Source: an uncultured Acidimicrobiaceae bacterium
GTDB lineage: Bacteria; Actinomycetota; Acidimicrobiia; Acidimicrobiales; Bog-793
Length of the DNA stretch: 64,000 nt
Direction: 5' to 3'
Assembly: GCA_963727645.1 (NCBI GenBank)
Contig: CAVSHA010000002.1
Coordinates: forward strand, 9,368 to 73,367
Below are positions 30,830 through 39,387 of the stretch, in pieces. The translations under genes and the position numbers were made by a program. The stretch's first letter is position 1. Each line of letters opens with the position of its first letter. The notes under the pieces are model-generated. The model was not told where the DNA came from and searched no databases. It saw only the letters and a list, made by a program, of their open reading frames with translations.

Positions 30830-32937
30830 TCAACTCAGCGGTTCGGGCGACCGGCGCCTCCGGGCGCGCTCGACTGCGAGCTCCTGGAGCCGCCGCTGCG
30901 CGCTCAGGCCGAGCACCGGCACGACCCGCGCCCAAGTCCCGTCCGGTCCCAATTCCCAAGCATTCGTGTCGTCGGCGAGGTTGAGCTGGAGGGTCTCCTC
31001 GAGCCGGGCGCGCAGCTCCGGGTCGAGAACCGGCACAAGGACCTCGATCCTGCGGTCCAAGTTACGCTCCATCAAGTCACCGGAACCGATCGTGTAGCGC
31101 ACCTGACGCTCACCGCCGGGATCGCCGAAACGGAAGATCCGGGAGTGCTCGAGGAAGCGCCCCATGACCGAACGCACTGTGATCCTGTCGGAGAGCCCCG
31201 GCACCCCGGGCCGCAGGCAGCAGACGCCTCGAACCGACAGGTCGACCCGGACGCCTGCCTGTGAAGCGGCGTACAGGGCGTCGATGACCTCCGGGTCGGT
31301 GAGCCCGTTGACTTTGATGGTGATCCGACCGGCCTCGCCTGCCGCCGCCTCCTCGGCGATCTGTCCGAGAACCCATGGCCGCATGCCTTGGGGGGCCACG
31401 ACGATGCGGCGGTGCGTGACCGGCCGACCGTAGCCGGTCAGATGGTTGAACAGGTCCGTCAAGTCCTCGCCGATCGCCGGATCAGCAGTCAGGAGCCCGA
31501 GGTCCTCATAGACCTTCGCCGTCTCGGAGTTGTAGTTACCCGTCCCGATGTGGCAGTAGCGACGGAGCCCGTCCTCCTCACGGCGCACGACGAGGACGAT
31601 CTTCGAGTGGGTCTTCAACCCCACGAGGCCATAGACGACGTGCACCCCGGCTCGCTCGAGCTGACGCGCCCAGACGATGTTCGCCTGCTCGTCAAAACGG
31701 GCCTTCACCTCCACCAGCGCCGCGACCTGCTTGCCCTGCTCTGCTGCCCGGACGAGGGCCGAGACGATAGCCGTGTCGTCCGAGGTGCGGTACAGGGTCT
31801 GCTTGATCGCAAGCACGTTTGGATCGTCGGCAGCCTGGGTGATGAACGCCTCGACCGAGGTCGTGAACGAGTCGTAGGGGTGGTGAACGAGCACACTGCG
31901 TTCTCGAAGCACCGAGAACAGGTCGACGGGGCCGTCGCCGGCGGTCGCCAGGCGCGGCTGGGTCCTGGGCACCCAGGGCGACTCATGCAGATCGGACCGG
32001 TCGATGGCATGGAGCGCCCACAGCTGGCCCAGACCGAGGGGGGCCGAGCTCTCGTAAATGTCGTCTGCTCCGAGCTCGAGCTCGGCCAAGAGCAGGTCGC
32101 GGACCACCGCCGGCATGTCGTGGTCGACTTCCAACCGGACGGCACGACCGAAACGACGACGGCGTAGCTCCGTCTCGACCGCGGCGAGGAGGTCGTCCGC
32201 CTCGCTCTCCTCGAGGTCGAGGTCGGCGTTGCGCGTGACCCGGAAGGCGTGATGGCGTCCTATCTCCATGTGGGGGAAGAGCCTGGGCAGGTTCGCGGCG
32301 ATCAACTGCTCGAGGGTCACAAAGCCAGAGCCGCCGTTGACCGGCACGAAACGAGGCAGCAGTGGCGGCACCTTCACCCCGCGAAGCGCTGCTCGCGCGT
32401 GCTGGGGTCCTCGACGAGCACCGCCAGGTTGATCGACAGGTTCGAGATGTAAGGGAACGGATGGCCGGGGTCCACCGCCAAGGGCGTGAGAACCGGGAAG
32501 ATCTCCTTCTCGAACACGCCAAGGACACGTGCTTTCTCCGTCGCGTCGAGGTCATCGATGCTCGTGAAGTGAAGGCCGGCGCCGGCGAGACTGGGCACGA
32601 TCGACGACTCGAACACCTCGTCGGCGCGTGCCTGCAGGCGAGTGCACTTGACCCGGATGTCCCGGAGCTGCTGAGAGGCGCTTCGCCCGTCCGCCGATCG
32701 TGCACGAAGGCCCGCTGCCACATGGTCTTTGAGACCGCCGACCCGCACCTGAAAGAACTCGTCGAGCCCCGACGAGAGGATCGCGATGAACTTCACACGC
32801 TCGAGGAGCGGAAGCGTTGTGTCTGCAGCCAGATCAACAAGGCGATCTGCGAAGTCCAGCCAGGACAGCTCACGGTTGAGGAACCGGTCCGGGCTCCCAA
32901 CAAGGCCCCCGGGCGTTGTGACAGCGACTTTCACAAC
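30830..32937 (-). pseudogene. ppk: polyphosphate kinase 1, frame shift at the C-run 32377-32380
   Basis: The N-terminal ORF 32374..32979 (FLNRELSWLDF...FIAILSSGLDEFFQVRV...) ends ...EQRFAG-stop. The next ORF starts VKVPPLLPRFV..., so the expected RFARVKVP junction is split. The C-terminal part has both PLD-like domains (KTHSKIVLVVRRE, LEHSRIF). Confidence 0.88.
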
Positions 32938-32957
32938 CAAGACGCTACCGTGAAGTC

Positions 32958-34469
32958 GTGCAGCCCCTGGCAACCGCACCGAGGGTCAGACAACGGCGCC
33001 GGAGCGAGCTCGGACTGTTGCTCGTCGCCATCGTCGTCATCACGCTCGGGTACCTTCTCGCCGCTCTCGGTACCCGCAACGCGCTTCCACCCAACGCGTT
33101 GGACTTCATCGGAGTGGTGGCGGCACTGGCGCTGGTTGTCCACCTGGCCAATCGTTTCCTTGCTCCCGAGGCCGATCCGGTCCTGATGCCAGTTGTCCTG
33201 ATGCTGAACGGGATCGGTTTCGTCATGATCTACCGGCTCGACGCATCCCCACAGATAGCCGCTGACGCGTCCTGGCACTATCAGGCGGCCTGGACAGCCC
33301 TCGGTGTCGTCGCCTACGTCGTCACGTTGTTCGTCATCCGCCGGTCGCGTGACCTCGAGCGCTACCGCTACATGCTCGTGTTCGGCGCCCTGGTCCTCCT
33401 CGTGCTGCCGCTCGCGCCCTACCTCGGGAGAACGTCCGAAGCACAGCTGAACGGGGTGAAGCTCTGGATTCGCGTCGGGCCGATCACCTTTCAACCAGTT
33501 GAGATCGCAAAGCTCATGCTCGTGGTCTTCTTCGCTTCCTATTTCGTGGAGAAACGGGAGATGCTCTCACTGTCGACCCGACGAATAGGCAACCGGCTCC
33601 TGCCGGACCTTCGTCCCCTCGGTCCCATCGCTGTCGCCTGGGTCGTCGCGATTCTCGTCATCCTTCTTGAACACGACATCGGCTTCTCGCTCCTGCTGTT
33701 CGTGATGTTCATCACGATGTTGTGGGTCACGACCGGGCGTTGGACCTATGTCGTCGGTGGACTCGTCGCCTTCGTCGCGGGTACGTATCTGGCCGCGCAC
33801 CTGCCATTTGCGAGAACGTTGATCGACCAGCGCGTGGCCGCATGGATCAATCCCTGGGCTCACTACGGCTCCTACGGATATCAGACTGTCCAAGGAGAGC
33901 TCGCCCTCGGCCGCGGCGGCCTGACGGGATCGGGGCTCGGTCTCGGCACTCCCTACTACATCCCCGTCGCGTACAGCGACTTCATCTTCGCTGCGATAGG
34001 CGAGGAGCTCGGGCTGCTCGGCACGACGGCGGTAGTCGTCGGCTTCTTGTTGATAGTGGGCGCCGGGATACGAGCCGCGACGCGAGCCCGTTCCGAGTTC
34101 TCGCAGCTCACTGCCGTCGGTTTCACTGCGATCCTCGGGTTCCAGTCTTTCTTCATCATGGCCGGGGTAGTCCGCCTGCTCCCGCTCACCGGCGTGTCGC
34201 TGCCTTTCATCGGCTATGGCGGTTCTTCTCTCGTGGCGAACTACGTACTCGTGGCTCTGTTGATGCGCATCTCGGACGAAGGTGCCACTCCACCAGGATT
34301 CGCCATCGGGTTGAGCCATCGAGCCGCTCGTATGCGACGGCGCGCGCTCGTCGCCGCCCGCGCCGGCCCTGGCCCTGTAGCCGCGGGCGCTGTCACGGCG
34401 GGCCCTGTCACCGCGGGCGCTGTCACCGCGGGCGAAGGCGGCCTCCCGCCGGGTACGTCCCCCTTCTAG
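32958..34469 (+). CDS. SEDS family protein (FtsW/RodA/SpoVE)
   Basis: 503-aa membrane ORF with FQPVEIAKL, SDFIFAAIGEELG and PLTGVSLPFIGYGGSS. The C-terminal tail carries a pentapeptide repeat. Confidence 0.85.
   Translation: MQPLATAPRVRQRRRSELGLLLVAIVVITLGYLLAALGTRNALPPNALDFIGVVAALALVVHLANRFLAPEADPVLMPVVLMLNGIGFVMIYRLDASPQIAADASWHYQAAWTALGVVAYVVTLFVIRRSRDLERYRYMLVFGALVLLVLPLAPYLGRTSEAQLNGVKLWIRVGPITFQPVEIAKLMLVVFFASYFVEKREMLSLSTRRIGNRLLPDLRPLGPIAVAWVVAILVILLEHDIGFSLLLFVMFITMLWVTTGRWTYVVGGLVAFVAGTYLAAHLPFARTLIDQRVAAWINPWAHYGSYGYQTVQGELALGRGGLTGSGLGLGTPYYIPVAYSDFIFAAIGEELGLLGTTAVVVGFLLIVGAGIRAATRARSEFSQLTAVGFTAILGFQSFFIMAGVVRLLPLTGVSLPFIGYGGSSLVANYVLVALLMRISDEGATPPGFAIGLSHRAARMRRRALVAARAGPGPVAAGAVTAGPVTAGAVTAGEGGLPPGTSPF
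34371..34430 (+). repeat. 15-bp tandem repeat x4 inside the SEDS gene 3' end
   Basis: ggccctgtagccgcg / ggcgctgtcacggcg / ggccctgtcaccgcg / ggcgctgtcaccgcg, encoding GPVAA-GAVTA-GPVTA-GAVTA. Confidence 0.85.
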
Positions 34470-34924
34470 TTCGCGCCCATCGGATCGGTTCCCGCTACCG
34501 CCAATACCACCGGGTCGACCATGATGGGCACTGGCAGCCGCTGGCGAAGCGCCAACGCGATCGCGTCTGAGGGGCGGCAGTCGATCAAACGTGTCCCGAG
34601 CCGGCCGGAGATGACGATCTCGGCAGTGAACGCGGTCCCGCGGACCTCGGTGATACGAACGACGTCGAGCGTCATCCCGAACTCCTCGAGGACGCGCGTG
34701 AACAGTTCGTGAGTGAGTGGCCGCGGGGTCGCGAGCCCCCTTGCCGCATAGCTGATCGCAATGCCTTCGGCACCGCCGACAGGGATCCGTAGCTCGCGGA
34801 AAGGTGCATCCGCCTCCTGAAGGACGACGACCGGGTGAGTCGCCGGCAGGAGCAACACGACGTCGACGAAGACCATCTGTGACATCTCCGGCGGGGTGAC
34901 CAGCGGGTCCCAGTCCTCATCCAT
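34466..34924 (-). CDS. bifunctional nuclease (BFN/DUF151) domain protein
   Basis: 152-aa ORF ...VVLLLPATHPVVVLQEA...RELRIPVGGAEGIAI...RPLTHELF...ITEVRGTAFTAEI.... It probably extends to ATG 35217 through a shifted repeat region (see findings). Confidence 0.8.
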   Translation of the reverse strand: MDEDWDPLVTPPEMSQMVFVDVVLLLPATHPVVVLQEADAPFRELRIPVGGAEGIAISYAARGLATPRPLTHELFTRVLEEFGMTLDVVRITEVRGTAFTAEIVISGRLGTRLIDCRPSDAIALALRQRLPVPIMVDPVVLAVAGTDPMGAN

Positions 34925-35213
34925 CTCGGCACCTGGCTCGTCTGACGCGGCGGGCGCGGCGGACTCCGCGGGCTCCTCCAGCGCGCCGGGCGCGGCGGGC
35001 GCGGCGGGCTCCTCCAGCGCGCGCCGGGCGCGGCGGGCTCCGCGGGCTCGTCTGACGCGGCGACCTCCAGAAGGTCGGAAACCTGGGGGGTTCCGATCAC
35101 CTCGATCGCAGGTTCGTCGCCGTTCGCGGATGCGAAGCTGTCACGGTCCGTGCGAGTCATTGACGCCGACCCGGGATCAGCTTCAACAGCATCCTCATCG
35201 GTGCCCATGGGAC

Positions 35214-36380
35214 TCATCGCCGGGTCGACCGGCGCATTTCGACATTGACCACAAGTCCGACCGTAGCGAAGAAAACGATCATGGCGGAGCCACCGTAGCT
35301 CACGAACGGGAGCGGGATGCCAGCGATGGGGATGAGACCGATGGTCATGCCGACATTCTGGAAGACCGAGAACGCGAGCAGCGCGAGCGCCCCCGAGCAC
35401 AGCATCCGACCAAGGGGATCCCTCGCGATCTGTGCGGCCCGCAGCAACCGGAACGCGATCGCACCAAACAAGGCGACAACCAACGCCCCTCCCGCGAACC
35501 CCAGCTGCTCACCTACCGCTGTGAAGATGAAGTCGGTCTGCTGGGCCGGGACGAAGCCGCCATTTGTTGCCGCGCCGTGGAAAATGCCCGTGCCGAAAGC
35601 TCCGCCGGAGGCGATGGCCAGTATCGACTGAGCGAGATTCCAGTTGGCGCCGCTCGTTTCGGTGTTCTGGTGGAGAAACGACGTGAAGCGCTGAAGCTCG
35701 TAGGCGTGGATCAACTTGAAGTGAACAGCTGCCACCAAGCCTGCGATGCCCGCGACAGCTAGGACGACCAGATACCTGAGCCGCGCGCCCGAGGTCAGGA
35801 TCATGACCGTGAGCACGACAATCATGATCAGCGCGGTCCCGAGGTCCGGCTGCTTGTAGACGAGCAGGATCGGGATCGCAGCGAGCGTCAGCACCACGAC
35901 GAGGTTTCTTGGAAACATCGTCTCTTGGCGACTGCAGTACACGGCGACCACGAGGATCAGCGCGAGCGCTGCGAATTCCGACGGTTGGACCTCGAGGGGT
36001 CCAAGTGAAAACCAGCGTTGCGCCCCCAGTGAGAGGTGCCCGAAGTGAGTGAGCACCGCGAGGAGCGACATGACGACAAGGCCATACAGCACGTAAGCCC
36101 ATTGCTCGAGCCAGTGATAGTCGATCAGTGCCACCACGACCATGACGACGAGCCCGATCGCAAGCCAGACGAGCTGCCGCTTCAGGTAGAACCTCGGATC
36201 TTCCCCGACCGCGGCCAGTTCGACACGCGTCGCGGAGTAGACCATGACCGCGCCAAGGAGCGAGAGCATCACGGCACTGCCAACCAGGATGAAGTCACAC
36301 CGGCTCACCAGCTCCCAAGCCGGGTGCCTTTCCCTGCGATCGCTCCACCGTGCCGGCACGCTCGGGTAGTGGGCGGCCAT
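35214..36380 (-). CDS. SEDS family protein (RodA/FtsW-like)
   Basis: From ATG 36380: MAAHYPSVPARW...; VQPSEFAAL, TDFIFTAVGEQLG and PIAGIPLPFVSYGGSAM. Confidence 0.85.
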   Translation of the reverse strand: MAAHYPSVPARWSDRRERHPAWELVSRCDFILVGSAVMLSLLGAVMVYSATRVELAAVGEDPRFYLKRQLVWLAIGLVVMVVVALIDYHWLEQWAYVLYGLVVMSLLAVLTHFGHLSLGAQRWFSLGPLEVQPSEFAALALILVVAVYCSRQETMFPRNLVVVLTLAAIPILLVYKQPDLGTALIMIVVLTVMILTSGARLRYLVVLAVAGIAGLVAAVHFKLIHAYELQRFTSFLHQNTETSGANWNLAQSILAIASGGAFGTGIFHGAATNGGFVPAQQTDFIFTAVGEQLGFAGGALVVALFGAIAFRLLRAAQIARDPLGRMLCSGALALLAFSVFQNVGMTIGLIPIAGIPLPFVSYGGSAMIVFFATVGLVVNVEMRRSTRR

Positions 36381-36429
36381 GATCGGCAAGGATACCGGGG
36401 ACAGCCCCTCAGCTCTCTGCGCCGCCCTC

Positions 36430-36507
36430 GCCTCCCGCCTCCCCGGACACGTGCCAATGGCCTCCCCGGGGCCTCCCGCCTCCCCCGACACGAGCCAATG
36501 GCCTCCC
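36430..36507. repeat. imperfect 37-bp direct repeat x2 (period 41) upstream of the rodA-like gene
   Basis: gcctcccgcctccccggacacgtgccaatggcctccc (36430-36466) and gcctcccgcctcccccgacacgagccaatggcctccc (36471-36507). Confidence 0.8.
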
Positions 36508-36601
36508 AGGGCCGTTCGTCGCCTTCAGAGCGCCTCTTGTTCCTCTCCTCGCGCCCGGTTCACCTCCTCGGCCATTACACCTCCCTGTTAGTTTGAGTAT
36601 A

Positions 36602-36615
36602 CGAACATACGTTCG
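36602..36615. promoter_or_regulatory. LexA (SOS/Cheo) box
   Basis: aCGAACATACGTTCGa is a perfect CGAAC-N4-GTTCG palindrome matching TCGAAC-N4-GTTCGA. It sits in the most AT-rich stretch of the window, about 28 nt upstream of the HNH gene start and just after TA-rich -10-like hexamers. Confidence 0.6.
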
Positions 36616-36643
36616 ATATGACTCGCCGGAGGAGGTGGGCTTT

Positions 36644-38047
36644 GTGTGCGGGACGCGCCAGGAGCTCGAAGCGGCTCTCTCGAGCATGGTCAGGGACCTC
36701 GACGCCCTCGTGCTCACGGGCGCGGACGCCAAGACGCTCGTGGGCTTCTTCTCGCGCCTGGAGCACCTCGCAGCCGCGGGCAAGGCCATGTGCGCTCTCC
36801 GGGTCGCCTCCACGGGTGCCTTCGAGCTTGACGGCCACCGCCATGCCGGTGAATGGCTGGCAGCCGAGAGCGGCGACTCGCTCGGCAGCGCCGTCTCGGT
36901 CCTGGAGGCCGCCCAGGCCGTGTCGAAGCTCCCCGAGCTCGAGCACGCCTTCCGCTCGGGTGAGCTGTCGGCCGCCCAGGCCAAAGAGGTGGCCGGTGCA
37001 GCCATGTGCAACCCCGCCTCGGCCGCCGAGCTAATCGACACCGCGAAGTCGGAGGGCTTTGAGGCACTGCGCCGGCGCTGTGCCTCGCTCAAGGCCACCA
37101 TGTCCTCCAAAGAGGACCAGGCCGCCAGAACCAGGCGGATCCACGCCGCCAGGAGGTTGAGGACCTGGACAGAGCCCGACGGCACCTTCCGCCTGGACGC
37201 GCGCCTCACCCAGGACGCCGGTGCGAGGCTGCTGGGCGGCCTCAAGTGCGAAGCGGACAGGATCTTCGGGGAGGCACGCCGCTCAGGTGCGCGCGAGTCC
37301 TCCCAGGCCTATCTCGCCGATGCCCTCGTGGCCCTTGTCACCCGTCCCGGCAAGGACGGGCCGCACCACCCTAAGGCCCTCGTGCACCTGCGGGTGGACC
37401 TGCAGGCGCTGCGCCGCGGCAACACGGGCCCGGGCGAGATCTGCGAGGTCGCCGGTGTCGGCCCGGTCTCGGTCGCCACAGCACGCGAACTGTTGGGAGA
37501 CTCGATCGCCAAGGTCCTCGTCACGAGCGCAACCGACGTACACGCCATCTGCAACCTCGGCCGTTCTGTTCCCGCCAGGCTCTACCAGGCCTTGTTGGAA
37601 CGGGACCGCTGCTGTGTAGTGCCGGGGTGCTCGGCCACTCACAACCTCGAGATCGACCACCGAGTCGTCCCGTTCGCCCAAGGCGGCCCAACGGAGCTCG
37701 CGAACCTGGCAAGGATCTGTCACCACCACCACTTCTTGAAAACCCATGAGGGCTTCTCCCTGGAGGGCGAGCCCGGTGCCTGGGTGTGGGTGCACCCCGA
37801 CGGCTCCCGCTACGGACCCGGCGCCCCCCCACCCGCAGACGGCTCTTCCCGCCCGGGCACCGACCCGGGGACCGATGCCCGGCACGCTTCTGGCCGCGCC
37901 CCAGCACACCGCGGTGGGCCGCCGCCGCCCACCGGCCAACCCGCCGAGCGTGCACCGAGGCCACGGCCGGAACAGGCGAGCCTGTTCGCCGGTGCCGGCG
38001 ACCGTTCCGGTGCCGGCGACTTGCCCAGCCCGGGTCACGCCGCCTGA
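36644..38047 (+). CDS. DUF222 + HNH endonuclease (REP13E12-like family)
   Basis: GTG 36644 lies 8 nt after GGAGGAGG. The N-terminal DUF222-like helical region is followed by ...RCCVVPGCSATHNLEIDHRVVPFAQGGPTELANLARICHHHHFLKTHEG (HNH motif). Confidence 0.8.
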   Translation: MCGTRQELEAALSSMVRDLDALVLTGADAKTLVGFFSRLEHLAAAGKAMCALRVASTGAFELDGHRHAGEWLAAESGDSLGSAVSVLEAAQAVSKLPELEHAFRSGELSAAQAKEVAGAAMCNPASAAELIDTAKSEGFEALRRRCASLKATMSSKEDQAARTRRIHAARRLRTWTEPDGTFRLDARLTQDAGARLLGGLKCEADRIFGEARRSGARESSQAYLADALVALVTRPGKDGPHHPKALVHLRVDLQALRRGNTGPGEICEVAGVGPVSVATARELLGDSIAKVLVTSATDVHAICNLGRSVPARLYQALLERDRCCVVPGCSATHNLEIDHRVVPFAQGGPTELANLARICHHHHFLKTHEGFSLEGEPGAWVWVHPDGSRYGPGAPPPADGSSRPGTDPGTDARHASGRAPAHRGGPPPPTGQPAERAPRPRPEQASLFAGAGDRSGAGDLPSPGHAA

Positions 38048-39387
38048 ACCCTGGCAACAAAGCCCACCCGTGACGCCGTAGCCAACAGATTCGGCGTCAC
38101 CGGGCGGCACGTAGCCGGACACCTCGCTGCCGGTGACCGGTCGCCGGCCGACCGACCACGAGTGGTCCGCCACCGGACGACGGAAGGGGTCAGTCCGGGT
38201 CTCGTGCTCTCGCGATTGGTTCGACTTATGTCGACGCTGCGGGTCTCGTAGCCGTGCCGGCGCGTCACGACAGGCGGCCCGTCGCCGCCGACGGCAGCCC
38301 ACATGACGCTGAGAGGAGGTTCAGTCCCGGTCCACAGCCAGATCTGACGCGCGGCCTGGTAAACGAGCATGCCGAGGCCATTGCGAACCGTGGCACCGCG
38401 CCGCTGAGCCTCCAGCAGAAAAGGTGTGAGCGGCGGGTCGTAAACGAGGTCCACGACGAGTTGACCCGCACCGAACCACGCAGGATCGACTCCAGCGATG
38501 ATGGCCGAGCCCTCCGGGACCGACCCGGCCGGTCCAGCCGACCCACCCGGTCCGGGCGATTTAGCCGACTCAGGCGAGCCCTCCTGAGCCGACCCGGCCG
38601 ATCCGACCGGTCCAGCCGACCCGGCCGATCCGACCGGTCCAGCCGACCCGGCTGAGTCCGCGGAGCCGACAGAACCGGTCGGTCCCGCGACCTGCGCAGA
38701 CACAACGAGATCGCTGGGCTCAGTTGGCGCGACCTCCCCGACGAGACCTCCGCTCACCATGGCCACGGGTGTCGCCTGTACAACCAGGTCCATCCCACGG
38801 AGGTCCTGCGGCCGCCCGACCCGCACGATCTTCGGGGCCAACGCCGCCGAGCGCCATGCAGGCGCCACACTCCTGTTCACGACCACGATCTCTTGGGCGC
38901 CCGCTTCTGCCAGAGCCAGCACTGCCGCCCGCCCGGCTCCGCCTGCACCGATCACGCCACAGCGCCGACCAGCCGGATCAAAGCCCGCACCCTCTCGAAG
39001 GTCCTCCAGCAAGCCCGCCCCGTCACAGCTCTCCGCAAGGATGGCGCCTGCGTCAAAAGTCAGTGTGTTCGCGGCCCCCAGCCTCCGCACCTGGCGGGAT
39101 CGCCGGGTTGCCAGTCGGGCGGCCGCCTCCTTGTGAGGCATCGTGACCGACACGCCGCGGAGGCCGAGCGCCGCTGCACCGGCGACCGCTCTGTCCAGCG
39201 ATCCGGGCGGCACCTCGAAGGCCAGGTAGCTCCAGTCCAAGCCCATGGCGGCAAACGCCGCGTTCTGCAACAACGGCGAAAGCGAATGACGGACTGGAAA
39301 GCCAATGACCCCGACGACCGCAGTGGTGGAAGCCGGCCACGCGACCAGGGGGCGGGAACTGGCTGACAACTCGGCGAACTGGCTCAT
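38035..39387 (-). CDS. aroE: shikimate dehydrogenase with internal low-complexity insert and unexplained C-terminal extension
   Basis: ATG 39387 overlaps the ruvX stop (ATGA). Contains GVIGFPVRHSLSPLLQN, VTMPHK, GAGGAGRA and ...DLVYDPPLTPFL...GLGMLVYQAA. A roughly 60-aa G/S/P/A insert and about 80 non-homologous residues follow the conserved end. Confidence 0.75.
   Translation of the reverse strand: MSQFAELSASSRPLVAWPASTTAVVGVIGFPVRHSLSPLLQNAAFAAMGLDWSYLAFEVPPGSLDRAVAGAAALGLRGVSVTMPHKEAAARLATRRSRQVRRLGAANTLTFDAGAILAESCDGAGLLEDLREGAGFDPAGRRCGVIGAGGAGRAAVLALAEAGAQEIVVVNRSVAPAWRSAALAPKIVRVGRPQDLRGMDLVVQATPVAMVSGGLVGEVAPTEPSDLVVSAQVAGPTGSVGSADSAGSAGPVGSAGSAGPVGSAGSAQEGSPESAKSPGPGGSAGPAGSVPEGSAIIAGVDPAWFGAGQLVVDLVYDPPLTPFLLEAQRRGATVRNGLGMLVYQAARQIWLWTGTEPPLSVMWAAVGGDGPPVVTRRHGYETRSVDISRTNRESTRPGLTPSVVRWRTTRGRSAGDRSPAARCPATCRPVTPNLLATASRVGFVARVQAA
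38588..38670. repeat. 27-bp tandem repeat (2 perfect copies plus a degenerate third) inside aroE
   Basis: gccgacccggccgatccgaccggtcca occurs at 38588-38614 and 38615-38641, followed by a diverged copy. Related units start near 38521. Confidence 0.8.

Noticed and set aside
36447-36460. TGGCACG on the reverse strand of the 37-bp repeats as a sigma-54 -24 element
   Set aside because: There is no TTGC -12 element at the right spacing, and sigma-54 is not expected in actinobacteria.
36593-38047. HNH gene as part of a larger prophage or integrative element
   Set aside because: No integrase, transposase, tRNA target or phage genes are present on either side. The flanks are core genes, so it is a single-gene insertion.
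38210-38240. GGTTCGA-containing stretch considered as a tRNA T-arm or integration-site remnant next to the HNH gene
   Set aside because: I could not draw an acceptor stem, anticodon arm or cloverleaf. It is treated only as a palindrome.
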